This document shows positions 9,528 to 19,538 of a stretch of DNA of 64,000 nt, piece by piece; position 1 is the stretch's first letter, and every line of letters begins with the position of its first letter. A model generated the notes under the pieces. That model had not been told where the DNA came from and did not search any database. It saw only the letters and a list, made by a program, of their open reading frames with translations. Source of the stretch: a bacterium (lineage in GTDB: Bacteria; BMS3Abin14); contig JARGFV010000001.1 in assembly GCA_029210545.1 (NCBI GenBank), positions 3,500 through 67,499 of the forward strand. The letters are read 5' to 3'. The translations under genes were made by a program, and so were the position numbers.

Positions 9528-9726
9528 CCGAACATTGTACCGGGAGGCTGCCTGACCGTCACGGGAAAAGGCGACAGAAGCTTCTTAATGCCTGCCTGCA
9601 TGGTGTCTACTTCAAGATTATATTATTTTTTCCGGCGGGAAGGGAGTTGACGGAAAGCGTGGAACAGTTTAGCTATCAGCTGTCAGCTGGCGGCTTTCCG
9701 TTCAACCTCATGCACAGGAAAAAATA

Positions 9727-11346
9727 ATGAAAGTACTCATCACAGACACCATCGACCAGGAAGGGATCGACATCCTCACGGCCGAGGAGGGGATGGAAGT
9801 TGTCGAAGACTATTCCCTTAAGGGGAGCGGTCTGGCGGGGGCCATCGGTCCGTACCATGCCCTCATCACCAGGAGTGGGACCAATGTAACCGCCGACGTC
9901 ATCGACAAGGCCGACAACCTCAAGGTCATCGGCCGGGCCGGCGTGGGTGTCGACAACGTGGATATCGAGGCGGCATCCAGGAGGGGGATCATTGTCATGA
10001 ACGCCCCCACGGGCAACACCCTGGCGGCCACCGAACACACCCTCGCCATGATGCTTGCCGCTGTCCGAAAGCTGCCCTTTGCCCACAACTCCCTTGAAGG
10101 GGGCCAGTGGGACCGGAAGAAGTTCGTAGGGATCCAGCTCTACAAGAGAACACTGGGGATCGTGGGACTGGGACGTATCGGCAGCGAAGTGGCCAAGAGG
10201 GCGACTTCCTTCGGTATGAGGATCGTCGCTTACGACCCATACATCAAGCGGGAAAAAGCCGAAAAGATCGGTGTCGAGCTCGTGGACAATATTGAAGACC
10301 TCCTGGCTGTGTCCGACATCGTCACTTTCCACGTACCGCTCACCGACGAGACCACGAGCATGATCGGGACAAGGGAAGTGGCGCTCATGAAGGACCGTGT
10401 CGTCCTCGTCAACTGCGCCCGCGGCGGCATCATCGCCGAATCGGTCCTGGCGGACGCGTTAAAGAGCGGGAAGGTTTACATGGCCGCCGTGGACGTCTTT
10501 GCCGAAGAGCCCCTGCCGGCCGACTCACCGCTCCACGGCCTTCCAAACCTCATTGTCACACCGCACCTCGGCGCCAACACCGAGGAGGCCCAGAAGAACG
10601 TTTCCGTCATCATCGCCCAGCAGGTCGTCAATGTGCTGAAAGGGCGCTCCTATGAGAACGCCGTCAACCTGCCCTACGTCCGCGGAAAACTGGCCCCCGA
10701 ACTTCAGGCCTATTTCGACCTGGCCGAGAAGATGGGGCGACTTTTGTCCCAGTTTACCATCGGGCGGATCGAGGAGGTCCAGGTCACCCTTGTGGGGCCC
10801 CTTTTCGCGGAGGACGTTACGGAAAAGGTCTTCGACTGCCCCTTCAGATACCAGCCTTATACATTCGCCATGCTCAAGGGCCTTATCGAGCTCAGGCAGC
10901 AGGAGGGGGCCACCTACATCAGCGCCCCGTACTATGCCCGTGAGCGGGGGATGTCCATCGTGGAGGCCAAGGCGGACAGGGTCAAGAACTACAGCGATCT
11001 CATCACCGTCAGGGTCATCACAGACCGGGGTGCCAACACGATGGAGGGAACCGTGTTCGCGGATCTCAAGGGACGGATCATCACCATCGACCAGTTCCGG
11101 GTGGACCTGGTAGCGGAAGGCACCTTCCTCTTCTTCTCCAACCAGGACAGGCCTGGCGTGATCGGCAAGGTGGGGACGATCCTGGGCGACAACCGGATCA
11201 ACGTGGCGGGGTTCAACCTGGGCAGGGAGAGTTACCAGGGAAGCGCCCTGGGGTTCGTGTCGCTCGACAGCAGGATCCCGGAGGGGGTGTTGGAGGAGAT
11301 CAGAGGGTTACCCGAAATATTAGAGGCTAGAGAAATTATCCTTTAA
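9727..11346 (+). CDS. serA: D-3-phosphoglycerate dehydrogenase, long form with a C-terminal ACT domain
   Basis: Rossmann motif GIVGLGRIGSEVAKRA, catalytic region HLGANTEEAQ, ~530 aa length, and a C-terminal ACT-like region. Confidence 0.9.
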   Translation: MKVLITDTIDQEGIDILTAEEGMEVVEDYSLKGSGLAGAIGPYHALITRSGTNVTADVIDKADNLKVIGRAGVGVDNVDIEAASRRGIIVMNAPTGNTLAATEHTLAMMLAAVRKLPFAHNSLEGGQWDRKKFVGIQLYKRTLGIVGLGRIGSEVAKRATSFGMRIVAYDPYIKREKAEKIGVELVDNIEDLLAVSDIVTFHVPLTDETTSMIGTREVALMKDRVVLVNCARGGIIAESVLADALKSGKVYMAAVDVFAEEPLPADSPLHGLPNLIVTPHLGANTEEAQKNVSVIIAQQVVNVLKGRSYENAVNLPYVRGKLAPELQAYFDLAEKMGRLLSQFTIGRIEEVQVTLVGPLFAEDVTEKVFDCPFRYQPYTFAMLKGLIELRQQEGATYISAPYYARERGMSIVEAKADRVKNYSDLITVRVITDRGANTMEGTVFADLKGRIITIDQFRVDLVAEGTFLFFSNQDRPGVIGKVGTILGDNRINVAGFNLGRESYQGSALGFVSLDSRIPEGVLEEIRGLPEILEAREIIL

Positions 11347-11562
11347 GGGGTTTTGGCATAAAGGTCCGATTAATCGATTGTACAACTGATAGACTAAACG
11401 ACATTAAGAATGGGAGACGATACGACTGAGCGACTGAACGAGAAAAGCAAGGGAACTAGTGACAAAGCCCTTCTCGCTCCGTCGCTTCGGCGTACAGTCG
11501 TCAAGTCGAACGGTTTATGCTCAAAGCTGAAAGCTGCTATATTTCCCCAAAGGAGGTCAACC

Positions 11563-12054
11563 ATGAAGATAAGACTCTTTGCCTTGTTTTTAATACTAGG
11601 ACTTGGACTGGGTCCAGGCCTGATCTTCCCTTCCCCCGCTCACGCTATCGTGGAGATCGGGGCCGGGTTCGGGCTCGTCTCCTTCGACGATGACCTTGAC
11701 TGGGTGGACACGGATATGGGGACCACCCTGGAGGGGACCTTCGGGTCCGGCGGCATCCGGCTCATGGTCGCCATCCAGAATAGCTCCCACGACCATGGGG
11801 ACTACGAGGCTGTCATGGGCGGGCCCGCGTGGGTCATGGACCTGGGAGGGTTCTCCAGCCGGATCTACGCCCTCATCTCGGCACACGAGTTCGAGAATGT
11901 CGATGGCGCTGGGGTGACCCTGGGCGGCGGAATCGGCTGGCCCATCTTCCCGGCCGCGAGCCTGGGATTCGACGCCCACATAAGCCGGTGGGAGGGGGAC
12001 GGCTACGATGTTGGGACAGGAACGCTTCAAATGCTTTTCAGAATAGGGTTCTGA
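11563..12054 (+). CDS. Small secreted protein, possible outer-membrane beta-barrel (C-terminal Phe)
   Basis: ATG at 11563 after AAAGGAGG. Signal peptide ending AHA. Alternating Gly-rich amphipathic strands ending in F. Confidence 0.4.
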   Translation: MKIRLFALFLILGLGLGPGLIFPSPAHAIVEIGAGFGLVSFDDDLDWVDTDMGTTLEGTFGSGGIRLMVAIQNSSHDHGDYEAVMGGPAWVMDLGGFSSRIYALISAHEFENVDGAGVTLGGGIGWPIFPAASLGFDAHISRWEGDGYDVGTGTLQMLFRIGF

Positions 12055-12079
12055 AAAGCGATCCAAAAATTCAACATTC

Positions 12080-12256
12080 AACTTTGATGACTTCGCAAAA
12101 AGTCATCAACGCCCCCCGCGCGGGGCGCCCAAATCAATGACTCACTCCGTAAGTCATTGATTTGTAAGGAAAGGGAAAACGACGCTTTTCCCTTTCCCCA
12201 GGACATTAATGAGCCAGGAAAAGTCCCGGATTGGACTTTTTGCGACTCTATCAACC
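12080..12256 (-). repeat. Family-1 MITE-like element, copy A (five-hairpin composite; ends in TIR GTCGCAAAAAGTCC)
   Basis: Shares the ordered hairpin modules with copies at 15654, 19683, 53773 and 57226. Confidence 0.7.
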
Positions 12257-13925
12257 TTGATGGACCCGCAATTAGTCACGCTGCGGTTTTTTCTGGTAGT
12301 TGGTTACCAATGTACGATTGACGTATCATTTTTCTGAAATCGTCCATAGTTGACGACAACAGCTCTTTGACAGCATCAATAAGTCCCAAAACAAGCTGAG
12401 AATGGGGTAAATAAGGCCCGTTGTCTTGGATTTTCCTGTTTCTGAACGTAGCGGCGCGCAGGATGTTGACACCTGTGGCCTTCAGGAAAACCGAGCAGGT
12501 CTCCTTGTCGAAGGCGGCGCTGTGGCGCTCCTTCTTGTGTTTGGTTCTCAACGGCGCATGGCCTTGAGGACAGGAGGTGACCTTCCCTCTCTTGGCCAGG
12601 GTGAAATCGGTGAGGCTTACACTCTTGTCCTTGCCGGGCTCCGGCCCCTTGACGGGCGAGACGACCTCGACGCTCATCTCGCTCGCTGCCTTCTCGACGT
12701 TCTCGTCGCCCCCATAGAGGGTGTCGGCCAGAACCTCCTCGGGACCCAGGTCCCGGTTCTTCGTATCCTCGATGAAGGGGATCAGGGCCTTGGCGTCACT
12801 CTTGTTGGCGGGTTCGACCGATATGTGGGTTATCAGGGAAGGCTGGCTCTTCTCCTCGCTGTTCTCGTAGGTCTCGGCGACCTGTACCTGGTAGCCCTTG
12901 CCCTTGTGCCCACTGTAGCCGGCGTCAGGGTCGGAAGGGCTTTGCAGGGAGTCGGAGGGAACGTCACGGTTGGGTTTGACCGAGGCCTTCCTCTTACCGG
13001 TCTCCCCGTCATCCTCGACAATGCACTGTTCCTTGAGAAGCCTCACCAGAAGCTGGTAGCTGGTCATGGAGGATATGCCGGGAAGTTTGCGGAACCGATC
13101 CACCAGGTAAAACAGGTCATTGGCCAGAGTCTCAAGGGTCCTGGATGACTCGGACGGCTTGACCATGGAAAAAGCCGACTCGCCCTTTTTGGACATGTAA
13201 CGGTCGGTCAGTTCCTTGTCCAGAACATCAAACAGACCCTTGTGGTGACGCTTCAGGTTGCGCAGGAACTTCTTGATAGTGGCGACAAACAGGCCGACGC
13301 GGCCCAGATGACGCATGTTCGACTGTATGTGTACCGAGTCGATGCGCTGCTTGCTGGTGTCGACATTGAACACCACGGCAAGCTTGGCGGTCACGGACTC
13401 GAACAGGGGAAGGTAGAGGTTGTGTTCGGTAAGGATCTTCCGTATGCTCCACAGTGTTTTGGGACTGACATAGGCCTCCTCATCCGACTCACCGGTGATA
13501 TTCAAGGCGTAATGCCACTTTTTGTTGAAAGTAAACTGGTCAACCGCATCGTCATCGGTCAGATCGTGCATCTGCTGGAGGATCATCAGGCCCAGCATGG
13601 CGTATAGCTCCTTGGTGGGACGACCTTGAAGCTCGCTGTAGTGTAGGAGGAGCTTTTGAACCGGCAGTTCAGGAAGGACCTCCTCCCTGAACAGATGAGC
13701 CCAGGAGCTCTCCAGAAGCTTGCGGCGCCTGGGGCCTAAATGCTCGAAAGGATCGAACATGTCGAGGGTTTTGTAGTCTTTGGTATGGAACATGGCAACT
13801 CCTCGCAACTCATTGATTTCGTTGGCATATTCCACCATAAACCACGCCCCGTTAAAAGGAAAAACAACCTTTTATCCATGGTTTTCAAATAGTTGGAAGA
13901 ATGATACTTTTTGCGATGCCGTCAA
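12257..13925 (-). mobile_element. Insertion sequence, boundaries approximate, carrying one transposase gene
   Basis: Single 520-aa transposase ORF flanked by noncoding DNA. Ends were not resolved, and no clean inverted repeats were identified by eye. Confidence 0.4.
12276..13838 (-). CDS. IS transposase (IS5/IS1182-like; DDE family with an N-terminal DUF772-like region)
   Basis: Length and layout match this family. The C-terminal region has a Cys-rich motif (SCPQGH...C). Confidence 0.6.
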   Translation of the reverse strand: MVEYANEINELRGVAMFHTKDYKTLDMFDPFEHLGPRRRKLLESSWAHLFREEVLPELPVQKLLLHYSELQGRPTKELYAMLGLMILQQMHDLTDDDAVDQFTFNKKWHYALNITGESDEEAYVSPKTLWSIRKILTEHNLYLPLFESVTAKLAVVFNVDTSKQRIDSVHIQSNMRHLGRVGLFVATIKKFLRNLKRHHKGLFDVLDKELTDRYMSKKGESAFSMVKPSESSRTLETLANDLFYLVDRFRKLPGISSMTSYQLLVRLLKEQCIVEDDGETGKRKASVKPNRDVPSDSLQSPSDPDAGYSGHKGKGYQVQVAETYENSEEKSQPSLITHISVEPANKSDAKALIPFIEDTKNRDLGPEEVLADTLYGGDENVEKAASEMSVEVVSPVKGPEPGKDKSVSLTDFTLAKRGKVTSCPQGHAPLRTKHKKERHSAAFDKETCSVFLKATGVNILRAATFRNRKIQDNGPYLPHSQLVLGLIDAVKELLSSTMDDFRKMIRQSYIGNQLPEKTAA

Positions 13926-13928
13926 TAT

Positions 13929-14294
13929 TCAGCCTGTGCGGCTTTTGACGTAGTCGGCGATGAGGTCCTCAATATCCCCTGGAAGATCGACGAAGGCAAT
14001 ACCAGCACCCGTGAGCAGTGCCCGCTCAGCCGTGTTCGAGTTCCACCTGACCACTCCCCTGACCACCATACTGTCATCTACCGGAGGCACGGAGAAGGTG
14101 AGCTCGACATTCTTTCCTACTTCCGGGACCGGCTCAATGGCAACATACACACCCAGGACGGAGATGTTGAGGATCCTGCAGACATGGCCCTTCGATCCGA
14201 TGTTCACGATACAGCCTATGTCCGTGGGTACCCTTGGCTGTTTTCGAGCGGTTATTCCGAGCACCTTGATTTTTCTCATTCTGATTTCCCCCAA
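13929..14294 (-). CDS. PilZ domain protein (c-di-GMP receptor)
   Basis: RKQPR (RxxxR) followed about 21 residues later by NISVLG (D/NxSxxG). Confidence 0.6.
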   Translation of the reverse strand: MGEIRMRKIKVLGITARKQPRVPTDIGCIVNIGSKGHVCRILNISVLGVYVAIEPVPEVGKNVELTFSVPPVDDSMVVRGVVRWNSNTAERALLTGAGIAFVDLPGDIEDLIADYVKSRTG

Positions 14295-14392
14295 CCCCGG
14301 GATCGCGATCGAATTCGGGGTTTATGAAAAAACCTTGTTGACGATGCACGTTACGTTAACCGAGGGAACTTCCCGCAACAACCCAGCAAGGT

Positions 14393-14794
14393 GTGGGAAT
14401 GATAACCAATAAGGAGATCATGAACCTTCTTCCGGAAATGCTGCTGGAGATCGTCGATACCGGATCCGAGCAGCTCATCGTCTGGGCCAACGACAAGGCA
14501 CTGGGCCGATATGGTTCAGGAATCATCGACAGCCGCATAACTAACCTTGTCCCTCCCATGAAGTGGGCGGAAATTTACACCACGCTTTTCAGGAGCGGGA
14601 AGGTCGAGGATGTCAGGTTCCGAAACGATGAGGGTGTATTTGAATTCTCGGGTTTCTACATCAGGATGGACAAGGCCGGGATGCAGGGACGCATCCAGCT
14701 GATCATGCGGGACATCACGGAGGAGGTGATGCTCGCCACCACGGATTCGCTGACGGGCATCTACAACCGGAGGCACATCAACGAAAATTCGTGA
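14393..14794 (+). pseudogene. PAS domain followed by only the first residues of a GGDEF domain (DSLTGIYNRRHI then a stop); truncated diguanylate cyclase
   Basis: The GGDEF-initiating motif DxLTGLxNRR is present, but the ORF ends 8 codons later. CT-rich low-complexity DNA follows. Confidence 0.5.
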
Positions 14795-14948
14795 ACTGTG
14801 AGCCTGCCCTTTTACTTTCCACTCGACCTTCCTTTTCCCTTTTCCCCTTTTCCCCCCTTCCACGCCCATTGCAGGTGGGCCTTTTCCCGGCTCAACCCTT
14901 GCATACATCATTTTTCAGGAAAGGTGCGAAACCTGAAAGGAGGAGGCA

Positions 14949-15650
14949 ATGAAATGGGTCCTGGTGATCGAGGCGTCTGAGATGGACAGGGAATACCTGG
15001 AGAGGGTGATCGGCAGGCTGGGGTATCAGATCTACTCCGCGATCAGCGGTGAGGAAGCCATCCACTTCATGAACCAGAGCCTGCCCCACGCCCTCGTCGT
15101 GGGAGAACGGATCCCGGATTGCGATCCCCTGGATCTGGGCCGGACGATCAGGAAGGACCGTATCCTTTCGGGCCCTCCCATGCTCCTCATGAGTTCCAGA
15201 AAGGACCACCTGTTTAATGAAAAAGCCCGGCAGGCGGGGTTCGCCGAGATCGTGCACCGGCCCATGTCCATCCGGAAGTTCTTTACCAGCCTTGAACTGT
15301 GCCTCTCCAACAACCGCAGGATCTATATCCGCGCTCCCATGGCCATTCCCGTCCTGTTGAGGAGCGCCGCCTCAAAGCTGTCCCTGACGACCCACAATTT
15401 TGGGGAAGGAGGCATGTATATCCAGACAGTGAACCCGCTGCCTTCCGGGACCGAGGTAGATCTTGATTTCAACCTTCCCGGACTTCGCAACAGTTTCAGT
15501 TTCCGGAGCCAGGTAATGCACACCCAGTCAAGGGGCACAGACGAACTGCCCGCCGGGATGGGGCTCAGGTTCCTGGATATCAAACCGGCTATCGAGACGA
15601 TCTTCAGAATCTTCATGGAGAACTTCCTGGCCAAACGGATGGCAGCGTGA
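14949..15650 (+). CDS. Receiver-like domain fused to a PilZ domain
   Basis: CheY-like N-terminal fold; the phospho-acceptor position may be degenerate. The C-terminus has RIYIR and NFGEGG PilZ motifs. Confidence 0.55.
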   Translation: MKWVLVIEASEMDREYLERVIGRLGYQIYSAISGEEAIHFMNQSLPHALVVGERIPDCDPLDLGRTIRKDRILSGPPMLLMSSRKDHLFNEKARQAGFAEIVHRPMSIRKFFTSLELCLSNNRRIYIRAPMAIPVLLRSAASKLSLTTHNFGEGGMYIQTVNPLPSGTEVDLDFNLPGLRNSFSFRSQVMHTQSRGTDELPAGMGLRFLDIKPAIETIFRIFMENFLAKRMAA

Positions 15651-15653
15651 TGT

Positions 15654-15858
15654 TACAGGGTCGCAAAAATGTCCAGGCGGGACTACTGTTAACCGCCAAA
15701 GTCCGTGCGGGCCTTCGGCTCAAGGGAAGGCGAAAAGCGTCGTTTCCGCCTTCCTCACCGAGACTGCTGATAATCACCGACATGTTTGCCGGTCACTGAT
15801 CTATGCGCCCCGCGCGGGGCGCATAGATGGACTTTCTGCATGTCCATCAACTTTGCAG
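15654..15858 (+). repeat. Family-1 MITE-like element, copy B (diverged middle)
   Basis: Starts 4 nt after the stop of the REC-PilZ gene. Carries the conserved end hairpins and the GCGCCCCGCGCGGGGCGC palindrome. Confidence 0.6.
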
Positions 15859-16016
15859 ACCCGCCCGGTGTTGCGGACCGTGCCCGCACACGAAAGTGGG
15901 CAACTGTACACTTTTGTGTGCAGCGAACCAGGGGATCGGCCTGAGCAAAGTGAAAAGTGATGGAAGGACCGTTCCTGGTTCCCGGGTATAAGGCTCCAGG
16001 TCCAGGAACCAGTCAC

Positions 16017-16055
16017 GACCTTCTCCTTTCTCCTTTCTCCTTTCTCCTTTCTGCC
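16017..16055. repeat. CT-rich tandem repeat (ctcctttct x4)
   Basis: Read directly. Similar CT-rich tracts occur at 14800-14880 and 32560-32640. Confidence 0.5.
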
Positions 16056-16196
16056 TTCTCTCACACCCTGGCCAACCCGACAGTCCTTTCAAACCGTAGG
16101 CTGGCTAAATAAGGTTATCGTGATTAACTGTTATCAAGTTCTTATTGCGGGGCCGCTCCATTTAGCACGGCCCCCCCCGGGCGAGAGGCTGTCATC

Positions 16197-17363
16197 ATGA
16201 AAAAGTCCCTCCTTTTCTTCCTTGCTGTCTTCGCCCTGATCCAGATATCGGCCCGAGCTGCTGAACCTGTCCGGATCGGCCTGACCCTCGGGCTCACGGG
16301 AAAGTACACCGAGATGTCGGCCATGCAGATGAAAGGGTACCGGTTATGGAAAAAGCAGGTGAACGACCGGGGCGGGATTGCCGGCCGACCTGTAGAACTT
16401 ATCATCCGGGACGACGGGAGCGACGGCCCGGCCGCGGCCGGCCTGTATGAGGAGATGATGGGGAGCCGCAAAGTAGACCTCGTCTTCGGGCCCTACGCCA
16501 GCGCCATCACCGCTGCCATCCTCCCCGCAGCCGAACGGCACGGCTACCCCGTCCTGGTAGGCGGCGCGTTCTCGGACCAGCCTTGGTCCCAGGGGCGCCG
16601 CAATGTTTTCGGGGTTTACACACCGGCGAGCCGGTACACCGTGGGGTTTCTGGAAATGCTGGTGGCCAGCGGCGTCGACCGCCTGGCTATCCTGGCCACT
16701 GATGATGTTTTCTCACAGAGCGCTGCCGATGGTGCCGCCAAATGGGCCGGGCGCTACGGACTTGAGGTCGTTTACCGGGAAACGTTCCCCAAGGACAAGC
16801 AGGAACTCGACGACGAGATCGGCCGGGCCCGGGAATCCGGCGCCAGCCTCCTGATCATGTGCGGTCATCTCCAGGAGGCCGTCTCGGGCAGGGAAGCCCT
16901 GTCCCGCGCCGGGTGGCAACCCGCCGCCTATTACGCCACCGTAGGACCGGTGCTGCAAGAATACGCGGACCGGCTCGGTCCGCTGGCCGAGGGGACATTC
17001 TCGTCCTCGCAGTGGGAACCCGACCCGGACCTGGATTTCCCGGGATCACGCCAGTTCCTGGAGGAGTTCACGGCCACCTACTCAACGGCGCCGTCCTACC
17101 ACGCCGCCACCGCTTTCGCAACAGGGACCATCCTCGAACAGGCCGTCCACAGGGCAGGGGGTATCGACCGGGAAAAACTCACCGAAGCGCTGTTCACCCT
17201 GGATACCATGAGCATCATCGGCCGGTATGGCGTCGATCGCACGGGGATGCAGATCCGTCAGTTCCCCGTGATCACCCAGTGGCAGGAAGGACGCAAAGAG
17301 ATCACCTGGCCCGAGGAGATCAAGACCGCAGACCCCGTATTCGGACGGACGGATCATGATTAA
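16197..17363 (+). CDS. Periplasmic solute-binding protein, Leu/Ile/Val-binding (Peripla_BP_6) family
   Basis: Signal peptide; N-terminal region IGLTLGLTGKYTEMSAMQMKGYRLWKKQVNDRGGIAGRPVELII. Confidence 0.75.
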   Translation: MKKSLLFFLAVFALIQISARAAEPVRIGLTLGLTGKYTEMSAMQMKGYRLWKKQVNDRGGIAGRPVELIIRDDGSDGPAAAGLYEEMMGSRKVDLVFGPYASAITAAILPAAERHGYPVLVGGAFSDQPWSQGRRNVFGVYTPASRYTVGFLEMLVASGVDRLAILATDDVFSQSAADGAAKWAGRYGLEVVYRETFPKDKQELDDEIGRARESGASLLIMCGHLQEAVSGREALSRAGWQPAAYYATVGPVLQEYADRLGPLAEGTFSSSQWEPDPDLDFPGSRQFLEEFTATYSTAPSYHAATAFATGTILEQAVHRAGGIDREKLTEALFTLDTMSIIGRYGVDRTGMQIRQFPVITQWQEGRKEITWPEEIKTADPVFGRTDHD

Positions 17364-19476
17364 CATGCGCCGTTTCACCAGCAGCCTGAACTTCCGGATC
17401 ACCCTGCCGGTGGTCCTGCTGGTGTTCTTCATGTGGCTGGGACTCAACATGTCGGTGTTCAGAGCCGTGGATGAGTTCCAGACAAGCAGGATCGCGGAGG
17501 ACATGGAGTGGGCATCCCGGTTCACCTACAACATTATCAACAAGGACTTTTACGACCTGACCCTCTCGGAGGGCCGTGGTAAAGAAAGGCACCTGAGGAT
17601 CGTCCAGGGGAGGTCCTTTGGCGCCCTGGAGGAGTTCGCCAGGCAGAAGGGATTTGTCGCGGCCGTCTACTCCCATGAAAAGGAACGCCTCCTGCTTGAC
17701 GGCAGCCTGCCCCTGAAGTTCATCCAGGCTATTCAGCGCAAGCACCAGGAAAATCACCTAGGGCTGGTTTCCAACGACGGTCGGGAATATTACCTTTATC
17801 ATTTCGAGTTCGAACCGTGGGGCTGGCGCATCTTCCTGCTCAAGGAGGTGGCCTCCTACGCGGCCTTCGTAAGCAAGGAGCGCAGTATCCAGGTGGGCAC
17901 GGGCGTGGTCGTCCTGCTGGCCGCTTTCCTTCTGTACTTTTCGCTACGGTGGAACATCCACCGGCCCATCCGGCAGATCATCGACTCCCTGGCATGGCAG
18001 ACGCCCCCCCGGTACACGGGCGTGGGCGAGTTCGAGTACCTGAGTGCCCGCATCGGGTCCATGGTGTCGTCCCTGGAAGAGAGGGAGCAGTTCCTGGCAA
18101 GCGTGTTCGACAGCATCCAGGACGGGATCAGCATCCTGGATGCCGACCTGAACGTCGTGCGCGTCAACAGGACCATGGAGAAATGGTATTCACATATCCC
18201 TTCCCTGGTGGGGAAAAAGTGCTACGAGGTCTACCACGGCAGGGAGGCCGTGTGCGACAACTGCCCTTCAATAAGGACCATGGAAACGGGGAGCATGGCG
18301 GTGGAGCTGGTCCCCAGGATCGGCGCCGACGGGGAGATAACCGGGTGGCTGGAGCTGCACACCTTCCCACTCCTCGACCGGCAAACCGGGGTCCAGGAAG
18401 GAGTCATCGAGTATGTCCGGGACGTCACAAAGCAAAGAGCCACAGCAGGAGCCCTGGAGGAGACCAGGGAGCGGTTCCAGGTCGCCTTTCATGCCGGCCC
18501 GGACCCCATGGTCATCGTCAGGCTGTCGGACCGGACCGTGGTGGACGTGAACACGGGGTTTGTGGAGAGCACCGGATACGCCGCTGACCAGGTGGTTGGC
18601 AAACGTTCCGAGGAAACCCCCTACTGGAAGGACGACGAGAGCAGGGACCGCCTTTACGACGCGATACGGGACCATGGACTGGCGGACAACATGGAGATGG
18701 AGTTCAGGCTCGTCTCAGGCGAGCTCAGGCCCGGCCTGCTTTCGGCCAGGATCATGGCCCTGGCCGGCGAACCCCACCTGCTGGTCCTGGTCAAGGACAT
18801 TTCCCAGCTCAAAAACGCTGAAGCGCGGCTGAAAAATTCCCTGAGCGAAAAAGAGGTCCTGCTCAAGGAGATCCATCACCGGGTCAAGAACAACCTCCAG
18901 GTCATCTCCGGGCTCCTCAACCTCCAGGCCCACCACATCAGCGATCCGGTGGGCCGATCGATCTACAAGGAAAGCCAGAACCGGGTCATCACCATGGCGC
19001 TGATCCATGAGGATCTTTACCGGTCGGCCGACCTGTCCAGCGTGAACCTCGAAGGCTATATCAAGAATCTGGCGGAGAACCTGTTCAGATCCTACCAGGT
19101 CGGCCATGGCCGGGTGAAGCTGGAGCTCGACGTGGAGCACACCGAGATGGTGGTGGATACGGCTATCCCGTGCGGGCTTATCATGAACGAGCTCATCTCC
19201 AACGCCCTCAAACACGCGTTCCCGGGTGACCGCGCCGGCACATTGACCGTCCGGTTCCGTTCAACAAGTGAAAGGCAATATTACCTCGAGGTATCCGACG
19301 ATGGCGTCGGTCTGCCGCCGGGAATGGACTTTGCCGACACCACGACCCTGGGGATGCAGCTGGTGAAGGTGATCGTGGAGCAGCTCGCCGGCACAATGGA
19401 GATCGACGGGGATCATGGGACGACGTTCAGGATATCCTTTGCCGAATACCTGGAGGCGGGCACCGTCCTGTATTGA
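17356..19476 (+). CDS. Membrane sensor histidine kinase with PAS domains and a HisKA_2/HWE-type kinase core
   Basis: N-terminal TM helix, two PAS regions, H-box EIHHRVKNNLQVISGLLNLQ, and a C-terminal HATPase. Start overlaps the solute-binding-protein stop. Confidence 0.8.
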   Translation: MINMRRFTSSLNFRITLPVVLLVFFMWLGLNMSVFRAVDEFQTSRIAEDMEWASRFTYNIINKDFYDLTLSEGRGKERHLRIVQGRSFGALEEFARQKGFVAAVYSHEKERLLLDGSLPLKFIQAIQRKHQENHLGLVSNDGREYYLYHFEFEPWGWRIFLLKEVASYAAFVSKERSIQVGTGVVVLLAAFLLYFSLRWNIHRPIRQIIDSLAWQTPPRYTGVGEFEYLSARIGSMVSSLEEREQFLASVFDSIQDGISILDADLNVVRVNRTMEKWYSHIPSLVGKKCYEVYHGREAVCDNCPSIRTMETGSMAVELVPRIGADGEITGWLELHTFPLLDRQTGVQEGVIEYVRDVTKQRATAGALEETRERFQVAFHAGPDPMVIVRLSDRTVVDVNTGFVESTGYAADQVVGKRSEETPYWKDDESRDRLYDAIRDHGLADNMEMEFRLVSGELRPGLLSARIMALAGEPHLLVLVKDISQLKNAEARLKNSLSEKEVLLKEIHHRVKNNLQVISGLLNLQAHHISDPVGRSIYKESQNRVITMALIHEDLYRSADLSSVNLEGYIKNLAENLFRSYQVGHGRVKLELDVEHTEMVVDTAIPCGLIMNELISNALKHAFPGDRAGTLTVRFRSTSERQYYLEVSDDGVGLPPGMDFADTTTLGMQLVKVIVEQLAGTMEIDGDHGTTFRISFAEYLEAGTVLY

Positions 19477-19538
19477 GGGATTTTAGTTCACGGTTCGCGG
19501 TTCACAGCCAAGGCTTTCGATCTCATCCGACCCGTCAA

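Noticed and set aside
9528-9726. Candidate structured leader (T-box or riboswitch) upstream of serA
   Set aside because: It contains inverted repeats (ggaaagc...gctttcc, cagctgtcagctg) and a TTGACG-like -35. There is no recognisable T-box specifier/antiterminator and no riboswitch consensus, so it is treated as an ordinary divergent promoter region.
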